DNA of 64,000 nucleotides, from contig OZ219920.1 in assembly GCA_964291415.2 (NCBI GenBank), positions 544,001-608,000 on the forward strand. The letters are read 5' to 3'. A program made the position numbers and the translations under genes. The notes below the pieces were generated by a model that saw only the letters and a list, made by a program, of their open reading frames with translations, was not told the origin of the DNA and did no database searches. Shown here in pieces: positions 39,264 through 52,617 of the stretch (the first letter of the stretch is position 1; every line of letters starts with the position of its first letter). The stretch comes from Alphaproteobacteria bacterium. Its GTDB lineage: Bacteria; Pseudomonadota; Alphaproteobacteria; SP197.

Positions 39264-39884
39264 ATGAACGACGATAGCAGCAGCGGTGTGGTCAATCCGG
39301 ACGCGAAGAGCGCAAGCGCCTATCCGGCGGACGGACCAGTCGAGGTCCTGGGCTTCGCCTATAGCGATGATCTCTATCTCACTCGCGGGATCGAAGCGGT
39401 CCAGATGCGTGGTGACGAGGAAGATGCGGACTACATCGTCGCTCGACGCTACTGCTCACAAGTCAGGCTCCGGCTGCCGAGCGGTGAAGAGTGCACGTTT
39501 CCGATCGAGGTTCCGTGCGGTCTGTTGACGGACCTTTCCTCGGTTCCGCGGTGGGGTCGCTGGTTCTTGGGCAAGGTCGGGGCCCATCTCGAGGCAAGCA
39601 TCGTGCACGACTGGCTCTACGTTGCATGGCAGCACGAAGTTGCGTGGCAAGGTGAGAACAGGCCTCCCAGGTGGATGCGCAGGTTCGCCGATGACGTCTT
39701 TCTCGCAGCGATGAAGGAAGCCGGTGTCGGCCGGCTCAAGAGATCGATCGCCCATGCCGCGGTGTGCAGGTTGGGCCATGGCAGCTTCTACAAGAAAAAC
39801 AAGGCAACCGTTCGGTGTGTATGGGATATCTCAAGGAACGGCGACGCGAACTGCCTGGGCCAGAAGCCGGTGCCCGACCCTTGA
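39264..39884 (+). CDS. DUF1353-domain protein
   Basis: VPCGLLTDLSSVPR, ASIVHDWLY, ADDVFLAAM. Confidence 0.88.
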   Translation: MNDDSSSGVVNPDAKSASAYPADGPVEVLGFAYSDDLYLTRGIEAVQMRGDEEDADYIVARRYCSQVRLRLPSGEECTFPIEVPCGLLTDLSSVPRWGRWFLGKVGAHLEASIVHDWLYVAWQHEVAWQGENRPPRWMRRFADDVFLAAMKEAGVGRLKRSIAHAAVCRLGHGSFYKKNKATVRCVWDISRNGDANCLGQKPVPDP

Positions 39885-39958
39885 TCGTCTGGCTGCTATC
39901 GCCCGTCATCAAGCGCTACCCCCATAATCGTATACAAAACTCCGCACCAAGTGCCGAG

Positions 39959-40930
39959 TTAGCCGGAACTTCATCGACCCTCAAGTGACCTAACTCGCTG
40001 GATTGGTTGATCAATCGGCGTGATTGGGGGTGTGCAAACTGGCAATGTGTTCCCATAACATTTGGCGGACATGTTGGGGGTCAGGGGTGTTGACAGGTGA
40101 CATATGGGGGGCTAGTGTCTGCATGATGTTCCCATAACGGATGCCCCATGGCCTTCAACATCGAACGCGTCCCCAACCAGGCCGGCAAGCCCGCCGTGCT
40201 CTTGAGACAGGCCTGGCGCGAGGGATCCCGAATCAAGAAGAAGACCATCGCCAACCTCTCCATGCTCCCCGATCATGTCGTCGAGGGCTTCCGCACCGTG
40301 CTCAAGGGCGGTGTCGCCGTCGATGAGCTCGGCGCTCTCATGACCGTCGAGCGCTCGCTCGCCCACGGCCATGTCATGGCCGTGCTCGGGACCTGCCGCC
40401 GGCTCGGCCTCGAGCGCCTGCTGCACCGCCATGACAGCCGCCAGCGGCAACTGGCCCTGGCCGCCGTCGCCGCCCGGGTGCTCAGCCCGGACTCCAAGCT
40501 CGCCACCGCCCGCAGGCTGTCGCCGGAGACCGCCACCAGCAGCCTCGGGCCGATGCTCTGTCTGGGGCCGGTGAGCGGCAACGAGATGCTGGCCATGCTC
40601 GACTGGCTGCTCTCCCGCCAGCGCTGGATCGAACGGGTCCTGGCGCGGCGCCACCTGGAGGATGCCACCCTCATCCTCTACGACGTGTCGAGCTCGTACC
40701 TCGAGGGCCGGGCGTGCCCCCTGGCCGCCTTCGGTCACAACCGCGACGGCAAGAGGGGCAAGCAGCAGATCGTGTTCGGCCTGTTGTGCAGTTCACAGGG
40801 CTGTCCCATTGCGGTGGAGGTGTTTGCCGGCAACACCGCGGACCCGGCGACCCTGGCCTCCTGGATCGCCAGGATCCGGCAGCGCTTCGGCATGGCCCGC
40901 GTCGCCCTGGTGGGCGACCGCGGCATGATC
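39959..40930 (+). mobile_element. IS1634-family 5' part (transposase from 40148), truncated by IS21
   Basis: KKTIANLS, LYDVSSSYLEG, FGHNRDGK, GNTAD, VGDRGMI then an abrupt IS21 end. Confidence 0.9.
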
Positions 40931-41139
40931 TGTAGCGCGACGATCTGGATGAGAGCCGCGCGTCAATCAGGATGAGATTCCCGGCGGCAGCGGCGAAGGG
41001 ATGATTCCCGTGCCTGGTGGCGATTGCAAGCGTGTTTTTGGTTTGATTGTCGCGGCGCGACAGACAGCGCGACATGGGTGTTGCTGGTGTGGTTGGAGAA
41101 GACCGGCCCGCGGAGGTGATCGCCGCGGGCCGTGAGGGT

Positions 41140-43559
<2,420 letters not shown>

Positions 43560-43604
43560 TCATCCTGATTGACGCGGGAGTCTCATCCTGATTGTCGCGC
43601 CGCA

Positions 43605-43899
43605 CCCGCTGGAAGAAGCCCTTGAAGGCATGATCGAGGCGCTTGAGCGTCCCGCGCTGAATGGCCACCGGCACCGCCGCCATGTCCGGCAGCGCCTTGC
43701 GGCAAAGGGTCAGGGACTTCGCCTGATCGAAGTAGGTGAGTGACGTGCCGGTCTTGCGGTAGCAGTCGATCCGTTCTTCCAGCGCCGCGTTGTAGAGACA
43801 GCGCTGCGCGTCGAGCATGGCCTCCAGCTGCCGCCAGGTGCTGCGCTTCTCGGGCAGCAGGCGAAAGGTGATCTGTCGATAGGTGACAGAGGAAGACAC
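43605..43899 (-). pseudogene. tnpB: IS200/IS605 TnpB RNA-guided nuclease, N-terminal fragment only
   Basis: FRLLP...QR.LYNAALEERIDCY...YFDQ.KSLT...QRGTLKRLDHAFKGFFQRV, cut by the IS21 end; no RuvC. Confidence 0.85.
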
Positions 43900-43940
43900 G
43901 CGAGGACTCCGGTATTGCGAGCACTGATTTACCACACGAA

Positions 43941-43969
43941 TTCATATCGATAACACCATTGGATGTCAA
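43941..43969 (-). promoter_or_regulatory. Sigma70-like promoter TTGACA-N17-TATGAA upstream of the tnpB fragment
   Basis: Minus strand TTGACA (43969-43964), 17 nt, TATGAA (43946-43941). Confidence 0.55.
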
Positions 43970-44247
43970 GTCGATTCTGTCAAGTTGCGTATATAATCCC
44001 CTTTGCATTCCTTCCCGGCGGCCGGCCATCGCTGCATCGGGCTCCGGTGATCGCTCGCGAGTTCTCTTCCCGCAACCTCGTGAATCGCGGCGCGCGTGAG
44101 ATCTCCCGGCGGTCCGGCATTGACATGCGGCTTGCCTCGAGATCATGCCGCCTGCAAGCGAACCGGGAGGGGATGACATGAAGACGAAGGCTGCAGCGCG
44201 ATGCATCGCGCTCGCTTGAGGGCCCTCTGCCATGCGACGGGCGCGGT

Positions 44248-44825
44248 GTGATCGCCTCTCCTGCGGTTTCCCCTTCCACGCAACCCTGGGAAGCGGTTCA
44301 GCGTCTGGTGCGACCGGGCCGGAACGCGTTGGCACCGTTCGCACCGTGTGGCACGCACCTTGCTTGTATCGGGGCGGTCGTCGGCGGCATCGCTCTCGCA
44401 GTGCTGGTCGCGCCGCGCAGGCCGGAGGCCGCCAGGAAGGTCCACAGCCACGGTCTGGATTTTCGGCCGATCCTGCGCTTGCGCAAGGCGATGAACTTCA
44501 TCGTCGGTCATGCTGGCCACGGGACAGAGCTCTTCGTCATGCGTTTCTGGATCGTGGGGTGTCTCGTGTTCTGTCTTGGCACCGGCGCCGAATTCGAGCT
44601 CGGCGCCACGCTGCTTGCCAACTTGACCGCCACCGTCGCGTTGGTATCGAGTATCGGCGGTGCGGAGCTGGCATTGCGCGTTGGCCGCGTTCGCCTGGTG
44701 ACCGGGGCGATGTTGTCCACGTTCGCGAACAGCGTCATCGTCGGGTTCTCGTCGATCCTGCCCTTTGCCGTGGCCGTGCTCTGTCTGCTTTGTACCATGG
44801 CGATCCAGGCCGATTCGGGCGGCCC
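44248..44825 (+). pseudogene. MFS transporter fragment
   Basis: Hydrophobic segments with LDFRPILR...GHAGHGTELFVMRFW...QADSG; lacks both ends. Confidence 0.6.
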
Positions 44826-44905
44826 TCGCCGCCGCGCCGCAGAGAGGTCAGGAGGTGTGCGGCCTGGAACGAGAGAACTCCGGACCCAGCCGGTGGACCG
44901 GTGTT

Positions 44906-45430
44906 TCAGCCACGGAAATGCCGGACCCTGGGGAGGAGGTCCGGGCCGGGACGGCCGTCGACGGTCGCGGCCCAACCGACGACATCCGGGCGCCGACCGA
45001 ACAACGCGAAGACCTGACCGTCCCGGTCGGGGCCAGGCTGGAGGCCGCCGTCGACGCGCCATCCGTGGGCCGCGCCGGGTTTCAGCGCCGCCGAAGGCGC
45101 GGCGATGCCGTCGGCATGTTCCCGATGCCGCCGGGCGGTTTGCTGGCAGGTGGGCCAGGTGCCCGGTCCGCCGGTCAGCGTTGCGTGTGGCAGGTCCGGT
45201 CGATGCGACGGGGTTTCGCCGATATCGACGGCCCAGAGGGCGCGACGGACGGTGGCGAGATCCTCCGGATCGCGGATCTCCTCGTGTCGAAGAAACTCCG
45301 CCCAGGCCCCGTCCGGCGTGTCGCAGAAGTAGTGGGTCAGCTCGCCCGGCGCGTTCCAGCGGCCAGCGGCTTGCGAGGACTCCTCCCGCAGAAAGGGAAA
45401 GCGGGGATCAGCGTGGCGATAGGCGATCAC
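44906..45430 (-). CDS. RES-domain toxin
   Basis: R (GRWN), E (AWAEF), S (GIAAPSA); GTG overlaps the antitoxin stop. Confidence 0.87.
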   Translation of the reverse strand: MIAYRHADPRFPFLREESSQAAGRWNAPGELTHYFCDTPDGAWAEFLRHEEIRDPEDLATVRRALWAVDIGETPSHRPDLPHATLTGGPGTWPTCQQTARRHREHADGIAAPSAALKPGAAHGWRVDGGLQPGPDRDGQVFALFGRRPDVVGWAATVDGRPGPDLLPRVRHFRG

Positions 45431-46047
45431 GTCGCCGGCGACGACATCAGGGCCTGGGCGAGTTCGCGGACCCTTCGGGGCCCGTCGTCTCCCGGCGACC
45501 ACTCGTCGCCGAGTGCCTGCGCGGGCGTGTTACCGTCGAGTCGTTCTCGGGGCCGGTTGAACCAGCGCCGAACCCCGATGTCATTGTATGCGCCGGCCAG
45601 GTCCCCGACGACGAAGGCGAGAAAGTGAAGCCGGGCGGCGATCGTGTCCGGCGTGGAGCGGCTGCCGGAGATATAGCGCCGTGCACTGGACTGGGAGGTG
45701 CCGAGGAGGCGGGCCAGCAATTCTACTCCCAGGGCACCTTGCAGGGTGCGCCATTCATGCGCGGGGGCCGGGGACTGGTCGAGAGCCTCGTTGATCTTTT
45801 CCAGAAGCGTGGAAAGCCGTGCGGCATCGGAGCAGGGCATCCGGTGAAGCTCCGCAAGGAAGCGGCGGCCGATACCGGCCTCGGCCATGCCCGTTTCGAG
45901 TCCCTGAATCGCGGATTCGTCCAGGCAGGTGACGGGACGCAAGAGCAGGCCCATCGCGTCGGCGCGGGTCAACGCCCCGATCGCCGCGGAGGCAAGCCTC
46001 GGGTTATCGAACGGACTACGAATGGACTGGATATGGAGATTCGTCAT
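45427..46047 (-). CDS. Xre/MbcA/ParS-type antitoxin
   Basis: HTH LARLLGTSQSSARRY plus C-terminal VRRWFNRP..RLDGNTP. Confidence 0.87.
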   Translation of the reverse strand: MTNLHIQSIRSPFDNPRLASAAIGALTRADAMGLLLRPVTCLDESAIQGLETGMAEAGIGRRFLAELHRMPCSDAARLSTLLEKINEALDQSPAPAHEWRTLQGALGVELLARLLGTSQSSARRYISGSRSTPDTIAARLHFLAFVVGDLAGAYNDIGVRRWFNRPRERLDGNTPAQALGDEWSPGDDGPRRVRELAQALMSSPAT

Positions 46048-46856
46048 GACCCAAATGTATGCCGGGGCCGCGGTCGGGTCAATGCAGGCTGGTCCGGGCC
46101 GGTGCGGGTTCGTTCAGGTGGCACAGGGGCCGACGTGTCCGAACTCGTCGAGCCAGGTGCCATACGCCATCCGCAGCCTCCGCAAGCACGAAGGCCCGCA
46201 CCGCAGCGCGGGCCCGAGGTTGTCAGCAACGTGCCGGATGATGCGGGACCGGCATCCTCTCCCAGGGGAACGATCCCATGGCCCCTTGAGGCATTCACTC
46301 TACGGGTTCGCTGGAGCGGAACACGTCGACGCTGGAAGTCCGCAATCTCTCGCCCGGGTCTTCCGGCATCGCTTCGCTTCCTCCGGTTCAGCATCGCGTG
46401 ATTCCGCACAAGGGCCGAGTGGAGGAGAGTCCCGAGGGGTGTATCTGCTTTGAGAGCCGTCTGTTCAGACGACGACGCTGCAAGGTTGCCCAGGCTGCTT
46501 TCGCTGGGGAATCCAGGTTGCAGGGCAGACCTGCTTCAGGTGCGCAGAGCATGAGGGGATCATCGCCTTCCGGCCAGAGCGACCTCAGACAGACGGCACG
46601 TTCATGCCCGGCGTGGTCGCTCCTCCTGCCTGTGGTCGGGGAGGGAGCCTGAGTCGTGTCTCCAGCCTGGCAGGGAGACCGCCTTGCCGGCGCCGCAACC
46701 GGACGCCGCGGTGATGCCTCGGTTCTGAAGCGCCGTGCAAGACTTCCGCAATGTTCCGCGACCTGTCCTCAAGGTTGCTCAACAATAGGACGATACTACG
46801 AGCGATCCCGGTTCATCATCGTTGCCTCCGTTCACAACCCCGACGGAGGACTTCAA

Positions 46857-48300
46857 ATGCTCATTCAGACTCCATCACTCCTTGGCGGCGCCATTGTCGC
46901 AGCGCTCGCTTCATCGGCATGGGTTGCGGTGTCGGAATCGCCCCGGCCGTGGTCCCTGGAAGCGGGCTTCGAGGGCGATCCCATGTCCGTCGAGATTGCC
47001 CCTGGCCGGCGGTCCGAACCCGGGCGTTTGCGGTTTCTTTCCGGACGAGCCCCAGCTCGTCCTTGACTACGTCAGTGGAGAATCCGCCCTCAGTATCGGC
47101 ACGGCCAGTCGCGAGGCGGACACCACGCTTGAGGTCACGATGCCTTCAGGCAACGTCCTGTGCGATGATGACAGCGGCGGCGATGGTGACGCGCTCGTGA
47201 CGCTGCAGAACCCGGAAAGCGGCCGGTACGAGATTTGGGTCGGAACCTACTCAAACGCAGAGATCGGCAGCCGTTCCGATGTGTTCGTCACCGAACTCAT
47301 CTCAGGCGATGCCGGCGACAAGGCAGTCTCGCAGTCGACGCACCGGTGGTCCCTGGAAGCAGGCTTCGACGACGATCCCAGGTTCGTTGAGATTGGCGCC
47401 GGCGGCCCGAACCAGGGCGATTGCGGTTTCCTCCCGGACGAACCCCAGCTTGTCGTCGACTACATCAGTGGAGACTACGTGATCAGCTTCGGCACGGCGA
47501 GCTACGAGGCGGACACCACGCTTGAAGTCACAATGCCCTCGGGCCGCGTCCTGTGCGATGACGACAGCGGCGGCGACGGCGATGCGCTCGTGACACTGCA
47601 GAACCCGGAAAGCGGCCAGTACGAGATTCGGGTCGGAACCTTCTATCACGACGAGATCGGCAGCCGATCCGACATCTTCGTCACGGAAATGACAGGCGAG
47701 AGCGACGTTTTTTCCGGAACGGGCTTCCTGGTCTCCGGCCATCACATTGTCACGAACTGGCACGTCGTTGATGACGCTGTTGGCAGCGTGACCGTGCGCG
47801 CGTTGGGTCTGCCGGAGTTCCAGGCCGAGATCGTGACGTACAACGAAGCGGACGACATCGCGCTGCTCTACGCCGAAGAGATGCCCGAAGGGCTGATCGA
47901 GGTTGTCTTCCGCTCGCGGCCGCCGGTCTCCATCGGCGAAACGGTCTTCGCCTTCGGGTTCCCCATGCCGAACGGCAACTTCACGCAAGGCAGTGTTTCG
48001 GCACTGACCGGCGCCGAGGGCGATCTCGCCGGTCTCCAGTTCACGGCCCCGATCCAGCCGGGCAGTTCCGGTTCGCCGCTGTTTGACGCGGAGGGTCATG
48101 TGGTCGGCATGGTGACATCGAGAATCGCGGACGGACAACTGGTCAACTTCGCGCTGCGCGGCACCCTGGTCAGGGTCTTCCTCGACACGAACAATGTCGA
48201 CTACGAGCTCGCGAATTCGGACGACATCCTTCCGCCTGCCGACATCGGCAACCGTGCTCAGGATTCCGTGGTCGAGCTGATCGTAAACTCCGGCCTATGA
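46857..48300 (+). CDS. Secreted trypsin-like (S1) serine protease with two N-terminal PPC-like repeats; apparent frameshift near 47000
   Basis: Signal peptide in the 46857 frame; two DTTLEVTMPSG..LCDDDSGG repeats; triad TNWH, DIAL, PGSSGSP in the 46822 frame. Confidence 0.85.
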
Positions 48301-48465
48301 CGGTCCCCGGTCCCGGGCGCTGCCTCGACGAAGCGGCGCCCGGGACGATTCGTGTCGTGGCGAACCCCTGCTGCAAGACTTCCGCAAGACTCCGAAATCC
48401 CCCGCACATGTTGCGTGGGTCGTCGCTGTGGTTGAATGGGACACTGGGGCTGCAGGGTGGACGAC

Positions 48466-49974
48466 ATGCCTGATCGCAACTGGTGGGTCGCACTTGTCCT
48501 TGGCGCGGCAACGGCAGCGTTGACGGCCGTGGCAGCCTCCGAGCCCGCCGTCAGCGAACCTGAATTCGGCATCAACCGCGGCGCCCTGGCATTCGATGGC
48601 GCGTGCAACGATCCCCGGTTCGTCGCACAAGAGGGTCCGGACACAGGCGATCTCGAGCAGATCTTCGGCGATGCCGCGGACTGTCATGCCGCCTGGAGAA
48701 AGGGAGAGATTGTCTTGCGGCAGACCGGGCACTACCTGGTGAGCCGCATGGCCACGATCGGGCACCTCGACTACGACCTTGGCGACCTTGATCAAGCTTC
48801 CGGCGAAACCGGCGACACCCTGGGCTCCGACCAGGGGCCCTGGTCCTCGGATGGCGTGTGCAACGATCCCCGGTTCGCGGCCGATCCGCGTTGGCGTGGC
48901 GCCGTCGATCAGATCGACGAAGCCGAGGGCAGGGACTCCACTGACTGCCTCCTGGCATACCTGTCTCGCCAGGCGTGGCCGATCCGGTTTCGGCCAACCG
49001 ACGGCGAGGGCCTCGTGTTTGGCGACGACAGCGGCGAGTGGGCCAACGATGGCGAATGTGACGATCCCAGGTTCATCGGAACTGCTGCCGCCGAGAGCGC
49101 CAGCGTGTCGCACCTCCTGCGCGATGCTTCGGACTGTTACGAGGCCTGGACCAACGTGGACGTCACGCTGATCTTGCCGGTCGCTGTCCTCGACAGCCTG
49201 CCGGCCGGATTCGACCTTGGCGGCGACACCAGCGAATGGGTGTTCGATGGCGAATGCGATGACCCGCGGTTCGAAGGGATGGGCATGGCCCGCGATCCGC
49301 TCACCGTGGATCAGGCGCGAGACGCAACCGATTGCGTCAAGGGTCTGCTGAGCGGCGCGGTCGAACTGAAACTCCCACGACTGCAGGACGGGACGGTTCT
49401 GTCCTTCGGAGACAACGCAGGCGCGTGGGCTGGTGACGGCGTGTGCAACGATTCCCGGTTCGTGGCCGATCCACGATGGCCGGATGACGCTCTTCCTGTC
49501 GTTGACGCCCGACACCATGATGGCGCCGACTGCGAGCAGGGGTTCCTCGAGCGCCGCGTCTGGCCGGCATGGGCGTTGTCGGAGGACAGCAAGGGCCTCG
49601 TGTTCGGCGACGACAGCGGCGAGTGGGTCAACGACGGGGAATGTGACGATCCCAGGTTCTTCGGAGTTGCTGCCGCCGAGAGCGCCAGCGAATCGAACCT
49701 CCTGCGCGATGCTTCAGACTGTCACGAGGCCTGGACCAGCGGGCGCGTCACGCTGATCTCGTCGGTCGCTCTGCTCGACAGGCTGCCGGCCGGATTCGAC
49801 CTTGGCAGGGACACCAGCGAATGGGCGTTCGATGGCGAATGCGACGATCCACGGTTTGAAGGCGATAACGTGGCGTCCGAATTGCATCCGGAAAACCAGG
49901 GACGTGACGCAACCGACTGTGGACGCGCCTTCCTGAAGGGCAAGGCAGACATCAGGACGCAAGCGCTGCAGTGA
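48466..49974 (+). CDS. Secreted protein of seven Cys/Asp repeats (DG.C[DN]DPRF...D..DC)
   Basis: Signal peptide WWVALVLGAATAALTAVAA; 7 repeats counted, each with two Cys. Confidence 0.88.
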   Translation: MPDRNWWVALVLGAATAALTAVAASEPAVSEPEFGINRGALAFDGACNDPRFVAQEGPDTGDLEQIFGDAADCHAAWRKGEIVLRQTGHYLVSRMATIGHLDYDLGDLDQASGETGDTLGSDQGPWSSDGVCNDPRFAADPRWRGAVDQIDEAEGRDSTDCLLAYLSRQAWPIRFRPTDGEGLVFGDDSGEWANDGECDDPRFIGTAAAESASVSHLLRDASDCYEAWTNVDVTLILPVAVLDSLPAGFDLGGDTSEWVFDGECDDPRFEGMGMARDPLTVDQARDATDCVKGLLSGAVELKLPRLQDGTVLSFGDNAGAWAGDGVCNDSRFVADPRWPDDALPVVDARHHDGADCEQGFLERRVWPAWALSEDSKGLVFGDDSGEWVNDGECDDPRFFGVAAAESASESNLLRDASDCHEAWTSGRVTLISSVALLDRLPAGFDLGRDTSEWAFDGECDDPRFEGDNVASELHPENQGRDATDCGRAFLKGKADIRTQALQ

Positions 49975-49993
49975 CCACCGCGCGAGACATCGA

Positions 49994-50848
49994 ATGGACA
50001 GCTACGAATACAAGGTTCTGATCGTCGATGATGAGGATGACGTCCGCAACGGCTGGGTGGCGGGATTGTGCGCGCTGGGAGTGCGCGGACGGGAGTTCTT
50101 CGCCATGGGCGCGAGGACGGCCGGGGACGCTCTTGACCTCCTCTCGGAGGAGAGGGCACGTGGCGCCCCCTTCAACGTCGCGGTGCTCGATCTGCATCTC
50201 GAGGCAAGTGGCGAACCCTACGAGACTGACCGGTGGGCTCTCGCAAGGCAGCTGAAGGAACTCTATCAGCCCTATCCCGACCTGGGGATCATCGTGGTGA
50301 CGGCCATCCACCACGATCCGGCCGATTTCAAGACCGCCAGCGACATTGCCGATGGAGGCTATCTCTCCAAGGCCGCAATCGACGCCGAGAATCTCGCCGA
50401 GGTCATCAGAACGCGCTTTCCGCCGCGAGAGGCTCCCGTCTTCTGGTTCTCTCCGGCGCACCAGGACGACCAGGAAAGGGCCTTCATCCTGAACACGGGC
50501 ACCATGACGCTGCGTCGCCTCCCTGGCCGGGCCAAGGTATCGACGCCGCGCGGCACAGGCGATCTCTGGTTTCTCGAGGTGTTCCTGCGCGAGGCCCTGG
50601 ACAAATCCCCGGAAACTCTGGTCGGGTACGACACAATCTATGCCTACAAGGACGGCCGGCACCAGACGACCATCCCGATACCCTGGCACCTGGGCACTCA
50701 GCGGACCCAGGGAGAGGACAACAGCTGGATTCATCAACCCGTGTCCCGGCTGCGCACTCTCCTCGATCCGGTGGAAAAGGGCATCTTCGAGAACAGGCGC
50801 AATGAAGGCTACGTGGTCGCGGCAAGAGTCAAGAGGGTCGACGATTGA
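49994..50848 (+). CDS. Response regulator (REC plus winged-helix-like output)
   Basis: VLIVDDE, AVLD, IVVT, YLSK; C-terminal VSRLRTLL...FENRRNEGY. Confidence 0.88.
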   Translation: MDSYEYKVLIVDDEDDVRNGWVAGLCALGVRGREFFAMGARTAGDALDLLSEERARGAPFNVAVLDLHLEASGEPYETDRWALARQLKELYQPYPDLGIIVVTAIHHDPADFKTASDIADGGYLSKAAIDAENLAEVIRTRFPPREAPVFWFSPAHQDDQERAFILNTGTMTLRRLPGRAKVSTPRGTGDLWFLEVFLREALDKSPETLVGYDTIYAYKDGRHQTTIPIPWHLGTQRTQGEDNSWIHQPVSRLRTLLDPVEKGIFENRRNEGYVVAARVKRVDD

Positions 50849-52143
50849 TGGTGTGGCACCCCCTGTTCAGGGTTGTCCGGCCCCTGTCGCTGCTCGCACT
50901 TTCGTTCGTCATCGCCGGTGTCATTCTCCACCTTCTGCATGTCACCGTTCCGCCGTCGTTACCCTCGAACGCCCACGATTTGTTCCGGTCAAAGTGCCAC
51001 CTGAGTGACGCTGCCAGAAAGCACTTTTCGGAAAGCCAGGAGGCTTACGCAGAAACTCGCGCCGACACTGAGTTTCGATGGTACCCAAGCGTCAGCTATC
51101 CGCGGTTCGAGGGCATGCATGGTGTTGTTCTGGGAGTGCCGGACATCCCGGAGGAGGGCGTGTCCGGTCAGAACAAGGAGGGCGCCTACGGCACCAGGGG
51201 CGGGGTCCGCATCTGGCCGGCCGTGGAAGGAGAATGGCCATTTCTCCGGGCGAGGGTGCCGGTGTCCAGGATCATTCATTGTGTCAACAAGGATCCATCC
51301 CTGAAGAACAGCGACGGCGAGGGGACCTACATCCTTGTCGAAAGCACATGGGTGCACGATGACTCGTTCGAGACGAAGGCGATTCTGATTCTGATTCTCT
51401 TCCTGGTCAGCACCGGCGCGTTTGCCCTGGTTGTCTGGTATGCCGGCCGTCGCCGCCAGATGATGGACATCAGGCATGATCTCAGAAACATGTTGAACGG
51501 GCTCGTCAATGTGCTCAGCCAGCAGCTGCGCGAAGAGCATGATCCGCAGACCGCCCAGACGATCATGAAGACCGTCACCACACGCATCGACTACCTGGTC
51601 CAGATGGTGGAACCGGGACGCTACAAGAGCGAAACCGAGATTCTGCATCTTCGTTCGCTGTTTCTCGATCTCGGCATGAACGTCCCGACGGATGTCGAGG
51701 TCGACCTGGACTGCCCGGATGCGATCGACATCGAATGCTGGGAGGAGTACTTCAGGCGGGCCATCGACAACGCTCTCGTGAACGCGGCTTCCGCAGCACG
51801 GGCGGCATCCCATCCCCTGGTGCGAATCCGCGTCCGCGCCACGGCGAGGACGGTGAAGATTGTCATCGAAAACAACGGAAAGCGGGTTCCTGTCCATGTG
51901 TTGCGGAGCTTTGGCCGCCGTCATTCGCTGCGCGTGCGGGGCAGCAGCGTGGGACTTGGCCTCAACATCGTGCGATCCGTGATATGGCGCCATGGCGGCA
52001 GGATCGCGCTCGACAACGTTGCGCCCGGCGACGAAGTCGGCGTGCGTCTGACGCTTCGCCTGCCGCGCCGACAGACTCATCCGTTGTCACTGCTTTCCGG
52101 ACAATCACGATCCAGGGACGCGACGAGCGCCCCCCACCCATGA
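50848..52143 (+). CDS. Membrane sensor histidine kinase (atypical)
   Basis: 2 TM; H box IRHDLRN; N box DNALVNA; G2 GLGLNIV; TGATG overlap with the regulator. Confidence 0.85.
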   Translation: MVWHPLFRVVRPLSLLALSFVIAGVILHLLHVTVPPSLPSNAHDLFRSKCHLSDAARKHFSESQEAYAETRADTEFRWYPSVSYPRFEGMHGVVLGVPDIPEEGVSGQNKEGAYGTRGGVRIWPAVEGEWPFLRARVPVSRIIHCVNKDPSLKNSDGEGTYILVESTWVHDDSFETKAILILILFLVSTGAFALVVWYAGRRRQMMDIRHDLRNMLNGLVNVLSQQLREEHDPQTAQTIMKTVTTRIDYLVQMVEPGRYKSETEILHLRSLFLDLGMNVPTDVEVDLDCPDAIDIECWEEYFRRAIDNALVNAASAARAASHPLVRIRVRATARTVKIVIENNGKRVPVHVLRSFGRRHSLRVRGSSVGLGLNIVRSVIWRHGGRIALDNVAPGDEVGVRLTLRLPRRQTHPLSLLSGQSRSRDATSAPHP

Positions 52144-52617
52144 CAGTGGATGCGCCATCGTGTCTGGTCACGAGGATTCGCTTGCGATCCCCTTCCGCCG
52201 GAGAGCCGGACGTGTCCGAATGAGGGCCCCCGGTTCCTCGCATGGCGGCCTTGCTCAGATCGTGCCCCGAGCCGTGGCGTAGAAGCCTGGCGTCTCGGCG
52301 TATTGGGCCGGGGCGTTCAGGCCACCCGCCATGCCGGGGTTCCCCAAGGGCTGGCGCGAGGAGATCAAGGCCGGCCTGGCGGGCCAGGTCGAGGCTGGCG
52401 GAACGCTTTACGGCGTCCGTTCGGACGGTGCTTGCATTGCAAGGACCAGCGAAGGGGAGAGGGTGCTCGGTCCGATCCGAGCGGAAGCCTGCCTGACCCC
52501 GTCTGCGTCGGCCGTCATGCCGACCCTTGTCGTCTCGGCTATCCGCCGCAAGTCTCGTTCGACTCGGGTGGAGTTGCGACTGTCGGGGGCGACACTGCTG
52601 GCACAGTCGGTGTCGAT

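Noticed and set aside
44248-46401. 717-aa ORF as a single protein
   Set aside because: An MFS fragment followed by antisense read-through of the RES/Xre genes.
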